A stretch of 64,000 nucleotides of DNA from Candidatus Bathyarchaeota archaeon (GTDB lineage: Archaea; Thermoproteota; Bathyarchaeia; Bathyarchaeales; Bathycorpusculaceae): assembly GCA_963826715.1 (NCBI GenBank), contig CAWGYA010000008.1:32001-96000 (forward strand), given 5' to 3'. This document shows positions 21,201 to 31,299 of this stretch, in pieces. The notes below the pieces were generated by a model that saw only the letters and a list, made by a program, of their open reading frames with translations, was not told where the DNA came from and made no database searches. The number at the start of each line of letters is the position of its first letter. Position 1 is the first letter of the stretch. The position numbers were made by a program, and so were the translations under genes.

Positions 21201-22405
21201 AAATGGATGCAATGCGAGCAGTCTCAGTAGCAGTTCCACCAGTAGCACCAACCAACCTCATCATAACACCCACAGAAAGTGGAATTTCACTAACTTGGAC
21301 AGACAACTCACTTGGAGAAACAGGCTTTACGATTCAACGCTCTGAAGACAGCCAATTCACAACAGGCTTAACAAGTTTCACTGTCGCACAGAACTCTAGT
21401 AACTATATCGATAACTCCACAGTGACAGATACAACCTATTACTATCGGGTAATAGCCAACAACCTAGTCGGAGACACATTTGACTATACAATCACCAACC
21501 CAAACGCAAAAGGTTTCCAAACCGTAATGGTTAACTCAACAGCTTCTAACACAGCATCAACAGATCAATTATACAATATTATTAGAGGTCCAAACGATGA
21601 AATCCTCTACAGCACCTACAACTTTGACACCGCCCAATGGAGCGACCTAATGGCTCTACCAAGTGGGGCAACAATTGACACCCCAACTGCAACAACAATA
21701 GGTGGACAACTATACATAGCTGTACGTGGAACCGATGGAAGCAGCATATGGTTTTCCAGCGTCAACATAGCAGACAACTCATTCTCCGGCTGGACAAACA
21801 TCCCCGGCGGAACACCTTCAGCGCCAACACTAACAACAAACGGACAAACACTCACACTAGTAGTACGAGGCTTCAACAACCTAATCTACTATAAGACATA
21901 TGATCCTATGACAACAACTTGGAGTAACTGGAGCAGTGTTGCCAATGCAGCTACAAGCGACAAAATAGCAGCCGCAATGATCAACGACACAATGCACCTT
22001 ATTGTAAAAGGCATGACGCCCAATGCAAACTTACTCTGGTACGCATCTGTTAACATCTCAAGCAACACAGTGTCGACATGGACCTTAGTTCAAGGAACAT
22101 CGCCATCTGCAGCATCACTCACGGCAGATCAAGCAACAAATCGACTCTTCCTTGTTGCTAGAGGTGAAAGTAATGCCATTTGGGTAAATCAAAGGGTCTC
22201 TTCAACTTGGCAAGGTTGGACTCTTGTGCCATCAGGCGAAACTAACCTTAGCCCAACAGCGGCATTAGTAAATAACCAACTACACATTGCGGTTCTAGGA
22301 ATAAACAACCTCTGGCACAACTCTATGAATACAACAACAGATACCTTCTCTGGTTGGACAGCAATGAGTGGTTCAACAACATCAACTCCAACCCTAACAG
22401 CGTAA
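18293..22405 (+). CDS. large secreted multicopper oxidase with fibronectin type III domain and C-terminal beta-propeller
   Basis: All four Cu motifs are present: HLHG, FYHDH, HPMHWH, WHCHILAHEEMDAM. Signal peptide; FN3 (PVAPTNL...LTWTDNS..ETGFTIQRS...YYYRVIA); Trp-rich C-terminal repeats. Confidence 0.93.
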   Translation: MRNKNKHFKIIGSSILLFLLIALLTTTLSPNITTAQVWDEPVPNYFGPYPNFATSQLPTVTRDPTTGEVLSADGGIRKFIDSLPLLGPEGTNNLNQYLPVAISDTTTYPGCDYYEIALVEFTQKMHTDIAPTTLRGYVQLETSANYEQSQHYPLSYPDGSPILKADNTQAICVDQPRYLGPFIVAQKDMPVRIKFTNFLPTGEAGDLFLPVDTTVMGSGMGSIPMQNPDGSPMRNPDGMIMYESYTENRATLHLHGGNTPWISDGTPHQWITPSGEDTVYPKGVSVQYVPDMWFVDGEVIPNTIGQTTPPVAGASNNPGGDSMTFYYTNQQSARLLFYHDHAYGITRLNVYAGEAAGYIIRDQVEQALISQGLIPQDEIPLVLQDKTFVPDTTTPITNMWGTFDSQIAFQDPTWNTLRWGDTGSLWYPHVYMTMQNPGDTSGMNTFGRWHYAPWFWPPYTPEHPPVANPYMGQVHHGITEPALIPGVPNVSAPGEAFLDTPVINGVAYPYLDVKPQAYRFRILNAADDRGWNLQFYVADSTVTTIDGRNNTEVRMVPAVPTPGFPDTWPTDGRDGGVPDPTTAGPAFIQIGNEAGLLPTPAVLENKPVNWNWDMGTFDFGNINQNTLALAAAERADVIVDFSQFAGQTLILYNDNPAPNPAPDPRLDYYTDNPDQTDSGGAPSTIAGYGPNTRTIMQIRVADTTPATEYNTTTLNNAFASTSTTEGAYAAAQRAPIVPQAAYTSAFNQTFSDVYGTIYDNSLIFTPINATDPVTMSFQAKSIHDEMGGTYDVEYGRMQVQLGVEQTKSTPLTQTTILYGFADPSTEIIVPGIEAAPIGSLSDGTQIWRITHNGVDQHPMHWHMYDVQLINRVAWDNNIRPPDPNELGWKDTIRVNPLQDTYIALRPIVPDLPFDLPNSVRLLDPTMPEGEVLKTTGFIMDPTGQAITLTNHVVNFGWEYVWHCHILAHEEMDAMRAVSVAVPPVAPTNLIITPTESGISLTWTDNSLGETGFTIQRSEDSQFTTGLTSFTVAQNSSNYIDNSTVTDTTYYYRVIANNLVGDTFDYTITNPNAKGFQTVMVNSTASNTASTDQLYNIIRGPNDEILYSTYNFDTAQWSDLMALPSGATIDTPTATTIGGQLYIAVRGTDGSSIWFSSVNIADNSFSGWTNIPGGTPSAPTLTTNGQTLTLVVRGFNNLIYYKTYDPMTTTWSNWSSVANAATSDKIAAAMINDTMHLIVKGMTPNANLLWYASVNISSNTVSTWTLVQGTSPSAASLTADQATNRLFLVARGESNAIWVNQRVSSTWQGWTLVPSGETNLSPTAALVNNQLHIAVLGINNLWHNSMNTTTDTFSGWTAMSGSTTSTPTLTA

Positions 22406-22420
22406 ACAAACAACACCATT

Positions 22421-22436
22421 CTCTTTTTTTTATTTT
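22421..22436 (+). terminator. oligo-T archaeal terminator
   Basis: T-rich tract (CTCTTTTTTTTATTTT) just after the oxidase stop. Confidence 0.5.
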
Positions 22437-22580
22437 GAACCAACAAAAATTAGCAATTATTGCTCGTTCTTTACCATTCCAAACTTAAAACATCTTGGAT
22501 CTTCTTGTTATGCAACACAACAATTTGTTATTCATTGCTTACCGGAGTCTTTCTATGGCATACAAAAGATATGCATTATT

Positions 22581-23371
22581 TTAATAAGGAAAAAGAATTG
22601 GAAAAATAAATCTACTACCCAACCGAACTGATTTAATCTGCAACTTAATCCACAAAACCCGCCGCTCTAAGGAAAAAGCCTCAACTGAAAAGGCAACAAC
22701 CCCCAAAAATACAAAAAGCAGATAAACAAAGGGCAAAAGCGGATAAGCTAAGTTTGAAAAACTTAATTCCACATTATTCCAGTGAAAAGCCACATCAGAG
22801 AGATTAACCTTAAGATTCAACGCTATAGGTACTTTAACTATAATTAGGGTTATTAACTCTAAAAACAAAACCCAAATTCCTCCTCCAAATAGTAAACGAA
22901 TAAACAAACTAATTTTTGATATTCGAAAAAGAATTCTCGAAAAAATAAAACACACTATAAATAGCAAAAAGCTGATCAAAACAAACGAGGCTAAACTCAC
23001 TAAGCCAAAAATAACCATAAAAATCCAGACAGTAACAGAAAAAGAACCAATGTAGGTAACTATACGAGAATAAAGACTGATACAGTTGCCTTTTAACCGA
23101 TAGAACGCAAAAACCAAAATCGCAAATAATGCAAGACCCCAAAACGCCTTGTCCCAGGTGGGAGAAAAAAGCTACTGCTCACAGATTGCTCTATCATACC
23201 ACGATCCATAAGAGTAAAAAACCGAACATCCAAAAAGTTACCCAAATAAATCATCGAAAAGACCAAAGATACACCAAAAGAAAGATAGACTAACCAAATA
23301 GACCAGTTACGTAGGGATTGTATCCAGCCCATAATTAATTTACCCAATCTTAAGTTACCGCCAATTAGCAT
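22581..23371 (-). pseudogene. truncated, frameshifted duplicate of the N-terminal half of the GT-C-like gene at 15975-17911
   Basis: WSIWLVYLSFGVSLVFSMIYLGNFLDV and HWNNVELSFSNLAYPLLPFVYLLFVFLG align closely with the 17105..17980 product. Frameshift near 23150; the C-terminal half is absent. Confidence 0.8.
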
Positions 23372-23585
23372 TGTCTCTTTACAATATGGTCAAACCATCT
23401 ATGAAAGATGACCCCTAAATAAACTTCATTAAAACTTGAGCATCTTTGAACCTAAATATGTAATGAGTTACAAAGAAAAAGCAAAGGGTACCAATTTGCT
23501 CTGGAAGTCTTGACAAAATTTAAGGGCAATTCAAATATCGAAATTTATTTCTGAAAGGTTAAATATTAGACTGCTCTAGTCCCCA

Positions 23586-24107
23586 TTGGTAATATCTTTG
23601 AAAAGTAAGATGCTAATTTTGGTTACAGCAGTTTTATTGACGACTATTTTACTCTCATCTTACAGTGCATTCGCTGCAGCAGCACATCAACCACAAAAAC
23701 ACTATGATAGCTTCACATTAACGGCAAGTGGCCGAGCACACAATGAGCAAGGTAAAATAGTTAATGTAGAACTTACAATTGAAGGAAAAACAAACGGAAT
23801 AATAAGAACGGTATTCCACGTAAAAACACAAGGCGGAGACGCAACTGTAACTGGTTATCAAACGATATCTGCAACCAAAGGTTACGGCATAATTATTAAT
23901 AAAAACCACTTTGCACAGTTCTACATATTGATGAGCGCACAGTATTACGGAGGAAGCAGCACTTTGTGGATGCTTAAAGGACACACAGGAACTCTAAGAG
24001 ATGATACACTCCCAGTATCCTTAGAATCTAGAAGAGTTGTCCTTCCAATAGACGGTTATCCAAGATTAACACATTTAAAATTGCGGGGCACAATAACCTT
24101 CAGCTAA
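23586..24107 (+). CDS. small secreted basic beta-rich protein of unknown function
   Basis: Signal peptide ending AFA-AAA, beta-strand pattern, no anchor. Confidence 0.7.
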   Translation: MVISLKSKMLILVTAVLLTTILLSSYSAFAAAAHQPQKHYDSFTLTASGRAHNEQGKIVNVELTIEGKTNGIIRTVFHVKTQGGDATVTGYQTISATKGYGIIINKNHFAQFYILMSAQYYGGSSTLWMLKGHTGTLRDDTLPVSLESRRVVLPIDGYPRLTHLKLRGTITFS

Positions 24108-24166
24108 AACACATCAACCTCGATTTTTTATTAATCTTCTCAAACCCTGATTTTGCCAATTGTGGA

Positions 24167-26078
24167 TCATAATAGATGTAGAGGCGCTCCTTCAACTGAA
24201 CGCAAAGAATAATTTAGCATAATTAAGAAAATTAACAACAAGCCAACCACCTTACAGGCCAAATATACCTTGTTATTTTTGAGAATATATTTTTTCTCAA
24301 CAACTTCGAAGACCCAAAATATCCCCAAAACAGCCAAAATCTGCACAGGAATTACATACAGTAGGCGATAAAGCAGGTAGTCCTCCGAAACAAAAAATAA
24401 AGCTAAGGAAGGAACAGCAACCCAAAGCAACATCAATCTATTGAATTTGCTAGCAAACAAAATAATCGCAAACATTCCCATGATAGCCAGAAGTATAAGC
24501 AATGAATTTGCGTAAACTCCACCAACCCACATCTCGACTATAGTTTTCAAACCTTCAGGTAAATTCATTATATTAGGTAAAGCAAGATTTCTTCCAGCAA
24601 ATGAAACACCGCTAGTCACCGATTTTCCAAAAGGCAATATTGAATAGAGTCCATATGCTGCAAAGTTTAAAATTAAGACAAAAAACAATTGAAAAATATG
24701 TTTATATCCGTTGTTCCCGGGAGTCTTAAGTATTGTTAATAATTCCCAGAGTAAGTAAGCAAACAATACACCTATGATAACATCCCAAGTGTAGGGATGC
24801 GTGAAGAGCAAAGCCACCCCAAAAAATGCAGCGGTTATTACATAAGCCCATGAATTGTTTTTACTGCTTTTTAAAATCAACCCGAAAAAAATAAAAGCCC
24901 AAGTTAGAGCTAACCAATTGGAAACACTGTAAGCGTAGATTCCAACTGTTGTCTGAAAACCAAGAACCGTGAAGAGAGCTGAAGCTAACGCCAAGACATC
25001 ATTATTTAGACCTACTCTTACAAACCAAAAGACAGCTAAACTTAGAGTTACACAACAAATAACTGGCATAACCTTGACAATGGTATCAGAAGATAACGCA
25101 AAAGAATGCTGAATAAAAAACATTAACAGGTTAGATAATGGTCTATCTGTCTGTAAAGCAATCCATGGACCTTTCTCACTCATGTCTTCCATCCAAATAT
25201 AGTAAATAGCAGAGTCAGAACCTACAAGTGAAAATCCTGAAGTAGTAAGCAAAGGATAACAAGAAACAAAAACGCCAATTCCAAAAATAACGAGCAGACA
25301 GAGAATTAATGTTTTGGTGTTTAATCGAACAAAACTAAAATTAATAGATAATTGCTCCCAATTGAAAGTGGTTTTTAATGCTTTTACATTATTAATTACT
25401 TTCTTGGTTAATGGGATCCAAAGCCAGCTTAAGAGTAGAGCAATAAACAAGCAAGGAACCAATGGATAAAAGACATTGAAAAAATGCAAATCAATCAAAG
25501 CATATCTCCAATGTGAAATATCAACAAAGGGAAAACTATAATCAAATATGTTCCAAAACCAAGTAGCCAGCAGAAGCAAAACTAAAAACTAAAAAGACAG
25601 ACACCAGACCCAACAATAAAAAGAAAAAAGCATTTTCCCTTCTCATAGCGGTGTTAAATCCTAAATATCCCCATAGCCCAATTATAATAATTCCAAGAGG
25701 GAAACCAACCAACAAAACGAAACTAGCATCGAATAATGAAAATAAAAATACTGCTAAACCAGCAAAGCAACAGTAATTAAACCATGAAGGTAGATGCTTA
25801 TTTCTTAAATTAGAAAATAATGCTAAAAGCAAAATGAAAAGAAACGATAAGGCCCAAATTAACCAATCAAGTGAACTTCCGAAGATGGAGATATTAACTA
25901 TTTTGGGTGAATAAAAGTAATAAAATTTTATCGAAAAGACATTGGCGAATTTAATAAACCCGAAGAAGAGATAGATCACTGAAAGAGCGATTATAATGAT
26001 GGATTTTATCGATAGATCATGAAGATCCTGACCAATTTTTTTTACAGAATTATCTTGCCTTTTAAGAGAAGAGGGCAT
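24167..26078 (-). CDS. GT-C-like polytopic membrane protein with one frameshift (about 25575)
   Basis: ORFs 25542..26078 and 24167..25579 overlap at a T-rich site. LVGSDSAIYYIW, TDRPL, THPYTW and YRLLY motifs are paralogous to 15975-17911. Confidence 0.7.
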
Positions 26079-26122
26079 TTTTTAGCCAAGACCATTTTTT
26101 TTGCGTTATCAGCACTCATCAC

Positions 26123-26749
26123 TTATTCCTGTATAAAAACAGTAGTTTTAAGACCTTCATCGGGCATGAAATCATACACACTATATATTACCTGACCATT
26201 TTCAAACCTATCATACGTTGAATAAATACTCCATTCAACTTTTGTTGCAGCACCCAATTCATCTAAATTGGTCGTTATCGTAAATTTGTTGCCATCTACA
26301 ATAAATTGACCTATGTCAGTAGCATTCGTTTCAACATTTTGGACTAAACAAAACAACCCAGTGGAATTGACGTCAACAATAAAATCATAGGTTTGCAAGA
26401 CATCATCTTCATTTTCAAGAACCGTTATGACATCAAATTGTGCTGCTTCTTGACTACCAAGCGTCTTTATAGGATCTTTAACGTGCACAGTGATCTCTAA
26501 AGTGCTCTGATTTTTTTCCAAAGATGCGCTCACTAGGTCAACTATTCCTTTGGAATTGGAAAATGCAGATTCATCCAAGTTACTTGGCAAAGGAACATTA
26601 ACTTGAAGGTCGTTCTCAGCTTCTTTAATTGCTGAATTAGACTCCGGAAAATAACTATTCAAAACTAGCACGCCAACAGCAACAATAAGCACTACCAACA
26701 AAATTACTATTACCAGTTTAAATCTTCCAACCTTAAAAAACAATGACAT
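26123..26749 (-). CDS. N-terminally membrane-anchored acidic beta-sandwich protein
   Basis: Basic residues then a hydrophobic N-terminal helix; acidic beta-rich body ending YDFMPD. Confidence 0.7.
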   Translation of the reverse strand: MSLFFKVGRFKLVIVILLVVLIVAVGVLVLNSYFPESNSAIKEAENDLQVNVPLPSNLDESAFSNSKGIVDLVSASLEKNQSTLEITVHVKDPIKTLGSQEAAQFDVITVLENEDDVLQTYDFIVDVNSTGLFCLVQNVETNATDIGQFIVDGNKFTITTNLDELGAATKVEWSIYSTYDRFENGQVIYSVYDFMPDEGLKTTVFIQE

Positions 26750-26785
26750 ATATCAGAAGTAAAATAATTCGCTATTAAGCATTAT
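26657..26785. repeat. direct repeat copy 1 (5' end and promoter of gene 26123-26749)
   Basis: About 130 bp (attcaaaact...cgccaacagcaacaataa...ttaccagtttaaat...caatgacatatatcagaa...cgctattaagcattat) recurs, diverged, at 30431-30557. Confidence 0.85.
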
Positions 26786-27159
26786 GTAGTCAAACCCTCA
26801 ACACATAAAACCAAATCTCACAATCACAACTAAACTAAATGAACAAAAAATGAAAAGTTCATCTGTACCCAAAGTTTCTTAGATGAAAACTGCTGCCAAA
26901 GTAATAAATGTATTAACATTTTTTCTAACGGTTCTCTTTAAATTTTGAGCATTTTTCTCTTATCTCTTGGGAGGAACTAATTCTAAATATTATCTTACTA
27001 TGAAGGCTTATTTTCTGAAGTTGTCGGCAAACAAAAATTTGGCTTTACTCTATTGAAACAAAGAATTCAAGAAAAATCCTTCGAATTTTGAAGGCAACCG
27101 TAAACGTGAGCTAATTCCTGAAAAAACAAAAAAAGAGGAAATGGGGTTTAGAGCGTTAA

Positions 27160-30153
27160 TTATGGTCCAATGTATGTTCTAGAAATTGTGCATTCATCTG
27201 CATAAATTTCCAAATTATTCTGGACCCCAGTTGCTGAAGAAAGACCAAAAATAGCAGAAGTTACTTCCCCGTAGGTTCCAGTGTTAAGACCAGTTATCTG
27301 CTGCACCCTAACTCCATTAATAAAGAGCTCAACTACACCGCCTGTGCTGCTTTGTTTCCAGTGAAGTTCAACACAATACCATTGCCCCGCAGATACTGAA
27401 GAAGAGCTAACATAGAAAGGCCCAACCCAACCTGATCCGCTTCTAGCATAAAGCACCCATTGGTCAACGCCATTGTTGTGCCTAATTCCAACTCCAGCTA
27501 AATACTGACTTCCAGCCATCAATTCGGTCAAGTAAAACCGATCACTGTTGTCTGCAAGAGGCAAACCGTTTGCCACATAAAAGTAAGCCCGAGCATAAAC
27601 TTCGGATTCACTTATAGTTTTATAAACGTATGCATCTTCAGTGTTACTTCCGCCATTTGACGTAAACTTGGCCGAATACAAACCAGAATCACGATTCAAT
27701 CTAACAACACTCGCAGATTCACCACTACTGATTTTTGTGTTAGTCCACTGGTTAAAACTCTGAGACTCAAAATTATCTGCGAAAACCACATTTGAGGGGG
27801 AAGGCGTAGAGGTAGGTGTAGGTGCAGGAGTTGGAGACAAAGTGGGCGATGGTCGAGGAGTAGGTGAAACGGTGGGTTTAGGAGTAGCAGATGGAGCAGG
27901 GGTTGGGGTGGGTGTGGAATAAGGTGGATCTTGACTTCCACTTTGTCCAATGTATGTTCTAGAAATTGTGCATTCATCTGCATAAATTTCCAAATTATTC
28001 TGGACCCCAGTTGCTGAAGAAAGACCAAAAATAGCAGAAGTTACTTCCCCGTAGGTTCCAGTGTTAAGACCAGTTATCTGCTGCACCCTAACTCCATTAA
28101 TAAAGAGCTCAACTACACCGCCTGTGCTGCTTTGTTTCCAGTGAAGTTCAACACAATACCATTGCCCCGCAGATACTGAAGAAGAGCTAACATAGAAAGG
28201 CCCAACCCAACCTGATCCGCTTCTAGCATAAAGCACCCATTGGTCAACACCATTGTTGTGCCTAATTCCAACTCCAGCTAAATACTGACTTCCAGCCATC
28301 AATTCGGTCAAGTAAAACCGATCACTGTTGTCTGCAAGAGGCAAACCGTTTGCCACATAAAAGTAAGCCCGAGCGTAAACTTCGGATTCACTTATAGTTT
28401 TATAAACGTATGCATCTTCAGTGTTACTTCCGCCATTTGACGTAAACTTGGCCGAATACAAACCAGAATCACGATTCAATCTAACAACACTCGCAGATTC
28501 ACCACTACTGATTTTTGTGTTAGTCCACTGGTTAAAACTCTGAGACTCAAAATTATCTGCGAAAACCACATTTGAGGGGGAAGGCGTAGAGGTAGGTGTA
28601 GGTGCAGGAGTTGGAGACAAAGTGGGCGATGGTCGAGGAGTAGGTGAAACGGTGGGTTTAGGAGTAGCAGATGGAGCAGGGGTTGGGGTGGGTGTGGAAT
28701 AAGGTGGATCTTGACTTCCACTTTGCAAAAGCATAACCGTGTAACCATTCAAACTTAACGTATTTTGAGCGTTGATTACCCCTGTTTGAAGCTGAGGTGT
28801 TTTCCAAGAAATGCTATTATCAATCTTGGAGAATGAAAGTTGTCCGGTTAAGCCGTGCAAGTTTACACTTCGAGCTTCATTGACCTGGCAAATTAAAAGA
28901 ACATTAATTTTATCCTGGTGCTGCCATGTAATTGCTCTGACATCATTTGAGGTACTTGAACTATCTAAAACATTATCGCCCACTGCAATATTTGAGCTAA
29001 ACATCTGTTGAGCAAAATATGGGTACCAAGGCTTAAGGTTATCATTATTGATCATCCCAAAACCAGCACCTCCAGAGGGCTTTATCTGTTGAGCTGAAGC
29101 GCTATCAGATAGATGGAAATAAACCCGATAATTGTAGTTATTTAGAACGAAAGTTCGAATGCACAAAGCATTATAAACCGCGCCAAGCATTTGCTGAATT
29201 CTCGGATCTGTTCCAGAAGAATATTGATAGTTCACATTGTCCTCAGATTTTATCACTTCAAGCTGAATACCTTTAGCATTTTTGTAAAGTTGCCTTGCGT
29301 TTTCAACGCCATAGTAACTTCTGGTTTCAACAATTCCCTTGGTTTCAGCTGCTTGAAGTATTTGAGCATCAGAGGTACTGCTTGTTCCAGTCGCATAGTC
29401 ATGGTAACTCAAAAAGTCAAGCCTTTCTCCATTAGAAATAAAGTAGTCCAAAACTCCTTTCATTGTTGAAGCATCATTGCCTAATTTTACATTAGGATTT
29501 ACGGCACGCATAGCTTTTGCGGCTGAATTATAAAGATCCATAAAATATCCCAGTTTAGGCTGAGCTGTGGGCCAACCATCATTTTTCCAGTATTGGAAAG
29601 GTTCATTTATTATTTCATAATACCGAACCTGCAAACCAGCCGATTTAAAATGCGCCGCCCACGCTGCGCAATATGCACCCCAACTAGCGCTATTGGGTAA
29701 TCCCGTCGTAGGATTTTTCGACATACCTTGCGGAGTCACTAAACTATTGCTTGCCCAACTGTAAAAGCCCAACACAATTAAAGGCTCTGCGCCGGAATCT
29801 AAAATCTTCTTAACCAAATCGTCAACGCTTGTCCAACTCCATGTACCGGTGCGCGTTGACTCCGACCAAGAGGTACAGGGCTCTATAAAATTATTGAAAA
29901 CTCGGACCATCTTGAAATTAGCTGACTCAGCAAGCTCTCTTAGCGAAGAACTTTGTCGCCAAAGACTGATTTCGCCTCCATCAAGTTGAAATCCTAGAGC
30001 TAAGGTATTTTGAGTTACTATCTTAGATGTATTCAGATTAATGTCAATGGGAGTTAAACCTGAAACTTGATTATTTGGTAAAAAAGTAATAAAAACTGAA
30101 ATTATTAAAATCGCTATTAATAATACGCCTGAGCTGAAATTTTTAAACCTCAT
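27160..30153 (-). CDS. secreted GH39-like glycoside hydrolase (clan GH-A) with two tandem Pro/Thr-linker plus ConA-like beta-sandwich modules
   Basis: YYEIINEP (acid/base), LDFLSYHDY, VIKSEDN (nucleophile region). ATG 30153 follows a GAGGAG RBS. The C-terminal modules carry FADNFES...GQWYCVELHW...YADE. Confidence 0.75.
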   Translation of the reverse strand: MRFKNFSSGVLLIAILIISVFITFLPNNQVSGLTPIDINLNTSKIVTQNTLALGFQLDGGEISLWRQSSSLRELAESANFKMVRVFNNFIEPCTSWSESTRTGTWSWTSVDDLVKKILDSGAEPLIVLGFYSWASNSLVTPQGMSKNPTTGLPNSASWGAYCAAWAAHFKSAGLQVRYYEIINEPFQYWKNDGWPTAQPKLGYFMDLYNSAAKAMRAVNPNVKLGNDASTMKGVLDYFISNGERLDFLSYHDYATGTSSTSDAQILQAAETKGIVETRSYYGVENARQLYKNAKGIQLEVIKSEDNVNYQYSSGTDPRIQQMLGAVYNALCIRTFVLNNYNYRVYFHLSDSASAQQIKPSGGAGFGMINNDNLKPWYPYFAQQMFSSNIAVGDNVLDSSSTSNDVRAITWQHQDKINVLLICQVNEARSVNLHGLTGQLSFSKIDNSISWKTPQLQTGVINAQNTLSLNGYTVMLLQSGSQDPPYSTPTPTPAPSATPKPTVSPTPRPSPTLSPTPAPTPTSTPSPSNVVFADNFESQSFNQWTNTKISSGESASVVRLNRDSGLYSAKFTSNGGSNTEDAYVYKTISESEVYARAYFYVANGLPLADNSDRFYLTELMAGSQYLAGVGIRHNNGVDQWVLYARSGSGWVGPFYVSSSSVSAGQWYCVELHWKQSSTGGVVELFINGVRVQQITGLNTGTYGEVTSAIFGLSSATGVQNNLEIYADECTISRTYIGQSGSQDPPYSTPTPTPAPSATPKPTVSPTPRPSPTLSPTPAPTPTSTPSPSNVVFADNFESQSFNQWTNTKISSGESASVVRLNRDSGLYSAKFTSNGGSNTEDAYVYKTISESEVYARAYFYVANGLPLADNSDRFYLTELMAGSQYLAGVGIRHNNGVDQWVLYARSGSGWVGPFYVSSSSVSAGQWYCVELHWKQSSTGGVVELFINGVRVQQITGLNTGTYGEVTSAIFGLSSATGVQNNLEIYADECTISRTYIGP
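27165..28724. repeat. tandem duplication, 2 x 780 bp, in frame
   Basis: 27165-27944 matches 27945-28724 except at 27469/28249 and 27595/28375, both synonymous. Confidence 0.97.
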
Positions 30154-30430
30154 TCTAACATGTTCTCCTCTCAACGCCTTATGTTGAGTATTCACATATA
30201 AGAGTTAGTGAAAAAAAGATTTAAGATGCAAACACAATGTAAACATCTATGAAACATTAGTTTTCATATAATGTAGAAAATGAGCTTAATTGTGGCATCA
30301 TGTTTTTTCTCGACACTCTAAGTTGCTCTGAGCACACCATTGCTTTTTCACAAATCCCATAGGCGTAAATATGCTCTTAATCGAGGGAAGTTCGGGAATA
30401 TTCAAGTTCTCATTGATCTCAATACTACAA

Positions 30431-30557
30431 ATTCAAAACTACCACGCCAACAGCAACAATAAACAACCAACAAATTACTATTACCAGTTTAAATATTCCA
30501 ATCTTAAAAAACAATGACATATATCAGAACAAAAATAAAATCGCTATTAAGCATTAT
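30431..30557. repeat. direct repeat copy 2 (decayed 5' end and promoter of gene 26123-26749)
   Basis: Diverged copy of 26657-26785 with small indels that break the frame. Confidence 0.85.
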
Positions 30558-31299
30558 ATCTGATCCTGGAATATAAACCTCCAACTATCAAGTTGCTCCT
30601 GTTTGTGTTGTAGTGTCTAAATCTTTTATATACTCAAGTGATTCTAAATAACTCGTATGATTCGTTGTTGACTTCCTTAATTCACATACAAAGTTCTAAG
30701 TTGCCAAAAGACAACAACTCTCACATCAACCTACACCTTGACCACAATTTATGTAATCCAGTCCATTGGCTACTCTCACTATCACATAACATCTTCAGCT
30801 GAACTCAATCATCATAAACCATACTTCTATTTTGTTGCCTATTTTTAATAAAAATTTATCTAATATTTTTGTTTTTGCTGAACTTGCCTAATTAGAAAAG
30901 CTTTCGGGGCAGTATAAGGAGCTTCTTAAAAAAGTAAAGTTACGGACAAGCGGTTATAAACAACAAGGTTAATAGTTTAATTTCAAACAACATTAACTGA
31001 CCCTATAAAGAGTGATCAATTTAGTTCTCTCTGAGTTGAACAACGCATGATTAACATAGTCATAGAATACATTTATAGAATCAAAAATTTAACGCTAACT
31101 ATATTGTTTTCAACTACATTTGCAAAGTTGAAGAGGGCATCAAAAAGTATAGATAGATCTGTAGATTCAGTAGGGTTGTTGATGCCTCTTAAAATTAGCG
31201 AAAAAAATACATACGGGCACAGCTTTTTAGCTCTAAAGTGGATTTCTAATATAATCATTAAAAAATCAATTATGGTTTTTTATGTAAGTGTGATGTATT

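Noticed and set aside
27696-28748. Two near-identical small Leu/His/Pro-rich ORFs (27696..28028 and 28476..28748)
   Set aside because: They are alternative-frame shadows of the 780-bp duplication inside the GH39-like gene.
30300-31290. Possible decayed genes in the long intergenic region, including an IPELPS string resembling a PEF-CTERM signal
   Set aside because: Frames are broken by stops, no TM follows the motif, and only the 30431-30557 repeat is supportable.
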